DNA of 63,793 bases, filler included, from Octopus bimaculoides (Eukaryota), in the NCBI RefSeq assembly GCF_001194135.2. It is 7 parts of 6 records of this genome, joined end to end, with 100 filler letters (N's around TTAATTAATTAA, not from the genome) between each part and the next. Parts side by side here need not be neighbours in the genome. Positions count along the whole stretch, not along the records: positions 61,689 to 63,793 come from NC_069003.1; 6 more parts are not named here. One strand, given 5' to 3'. Below are positions 63,039 to 63,793 of the stretch, in pieces; position 1 is the first letter of the stretch; each line of letters begins with the position of its first letter. A model generated the notes under the pieces. It searched no databases, had not been told where the DNA came from, and saw only the letters and a program-made list of their open reading frames with translations. A program made the position numbers and the translations under genes.

Positions 63039-63135
63039 CCTGCCTGTCTGTCTGTCTATCTACCTGCCTGTATATATGTCTGACTCTGTTTTTCTGTCTG
63101 TCTGTCTGTCTCTGTTTATCTGTCTGTTTGTCTGT
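62720..63135. repeat. (TCTG/TCTA/ACCT)n tetranucleotide compound microsatellite
   Basis: Direct inspection. Confidence 0.9.
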
Positions 63136-63366
63136 CCTATTACATTACTCTCTCCTCCAACCTCCCCCAATCACTTCCTCCACCCGTTTCACTGCTACTA
63201 CCACCACAACAACAACACAATAATAGTAACAACACTGAGTGGAAAAAAAAAAAGGCATCCCTTGTGATCGTAAATATCAGCCGCCTGTCTTCACACTTCA
63301 CCTATCAAAGGAATGAGAGCCTGGCCACCCCCCTCTGCTACACCTCCCTCTCCGGAGACACACACA

Positions 63367-63397
<31 letters not shown>

Positions 63398-63590
63398 GCA
63401 AACACACTCTCACACACACACACGCATGCATGCATGCACACACGCAGGGACAGTGCTCTTCCTTCTTGTTCTCCTTTGCTGTTTCTCTCTGAATAGTCAG
63501 ACATACCTCTTTGGAAAAATAAACAAACAAACAAACAACGCCGTCAGGTTAATAGGTATTGCTTCACAACATTATATGGGCTGTGTATAG

Positions 63591-63627
<37 letters not shown>

Positions 63628-63711
63628 TGAAATTGTGATGGTTGTGTTTTACTGAAATAGTTACTATGCATGTGTGTAGAGGTGAATCTGATTCTATGTA
63701 TTTATATCTGC

Positions 63712-63748
<37 letters not shown>

Positions 63749-63793
63749 CGTGTGTGCGTATGTATGCATGTATGTATGTATGTATGCATGTAT

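Overview
AT-rich, gap-riddled metazoan genomic DNA. The SINE, RTE-LINE and microsatellite landscape resembles an Octopus (coleoid cephalopod) assembly; this is inferred from repeat families, not proven. It is not prokaryotic: no operons, rRNA, true tRNA or CRISPR arrays. The only well-supported host coding element is one phase-1/phase-1 immunoglobulin-domain exon (1444-1722, +). Two small candidate downstream exons lie at 18562-18638 and 18783-18809. The rest is intron-like or intergenic DNA packed with two tRNA-derived SINE families, RTE, R4/Dong-like and CR1/L2-group LINE fragments, pogo/Tigger and mariner relics, non-autonomous Helitrons and microsatellites. Almost all ORFs in the supplied track are microsatellite, N-run or transposon artefacts. 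The most interesting unannotated signal is a set of type I hammerhead-ribozyme motifs from several unrelated repeat families. These are: an intact one at 4963-5005 (-); a near-intact one with an extended helix II at 3501-3566 (+); a decayed inverted pair at 5262-5306 and 5354-5398; a three-copy family whose best copy has a CUGUUGA core (12647, 29304, 37742); and one at 19249-19294. Four cluster within 1.9 kb just downstream of the Ig exon. All folds were done by eye and activity is untested. Repeat boundaries are approximate. Six 100-bp gaps contain an artificial TTAATTAATTAA linker, so adjacency across them is uncertain.
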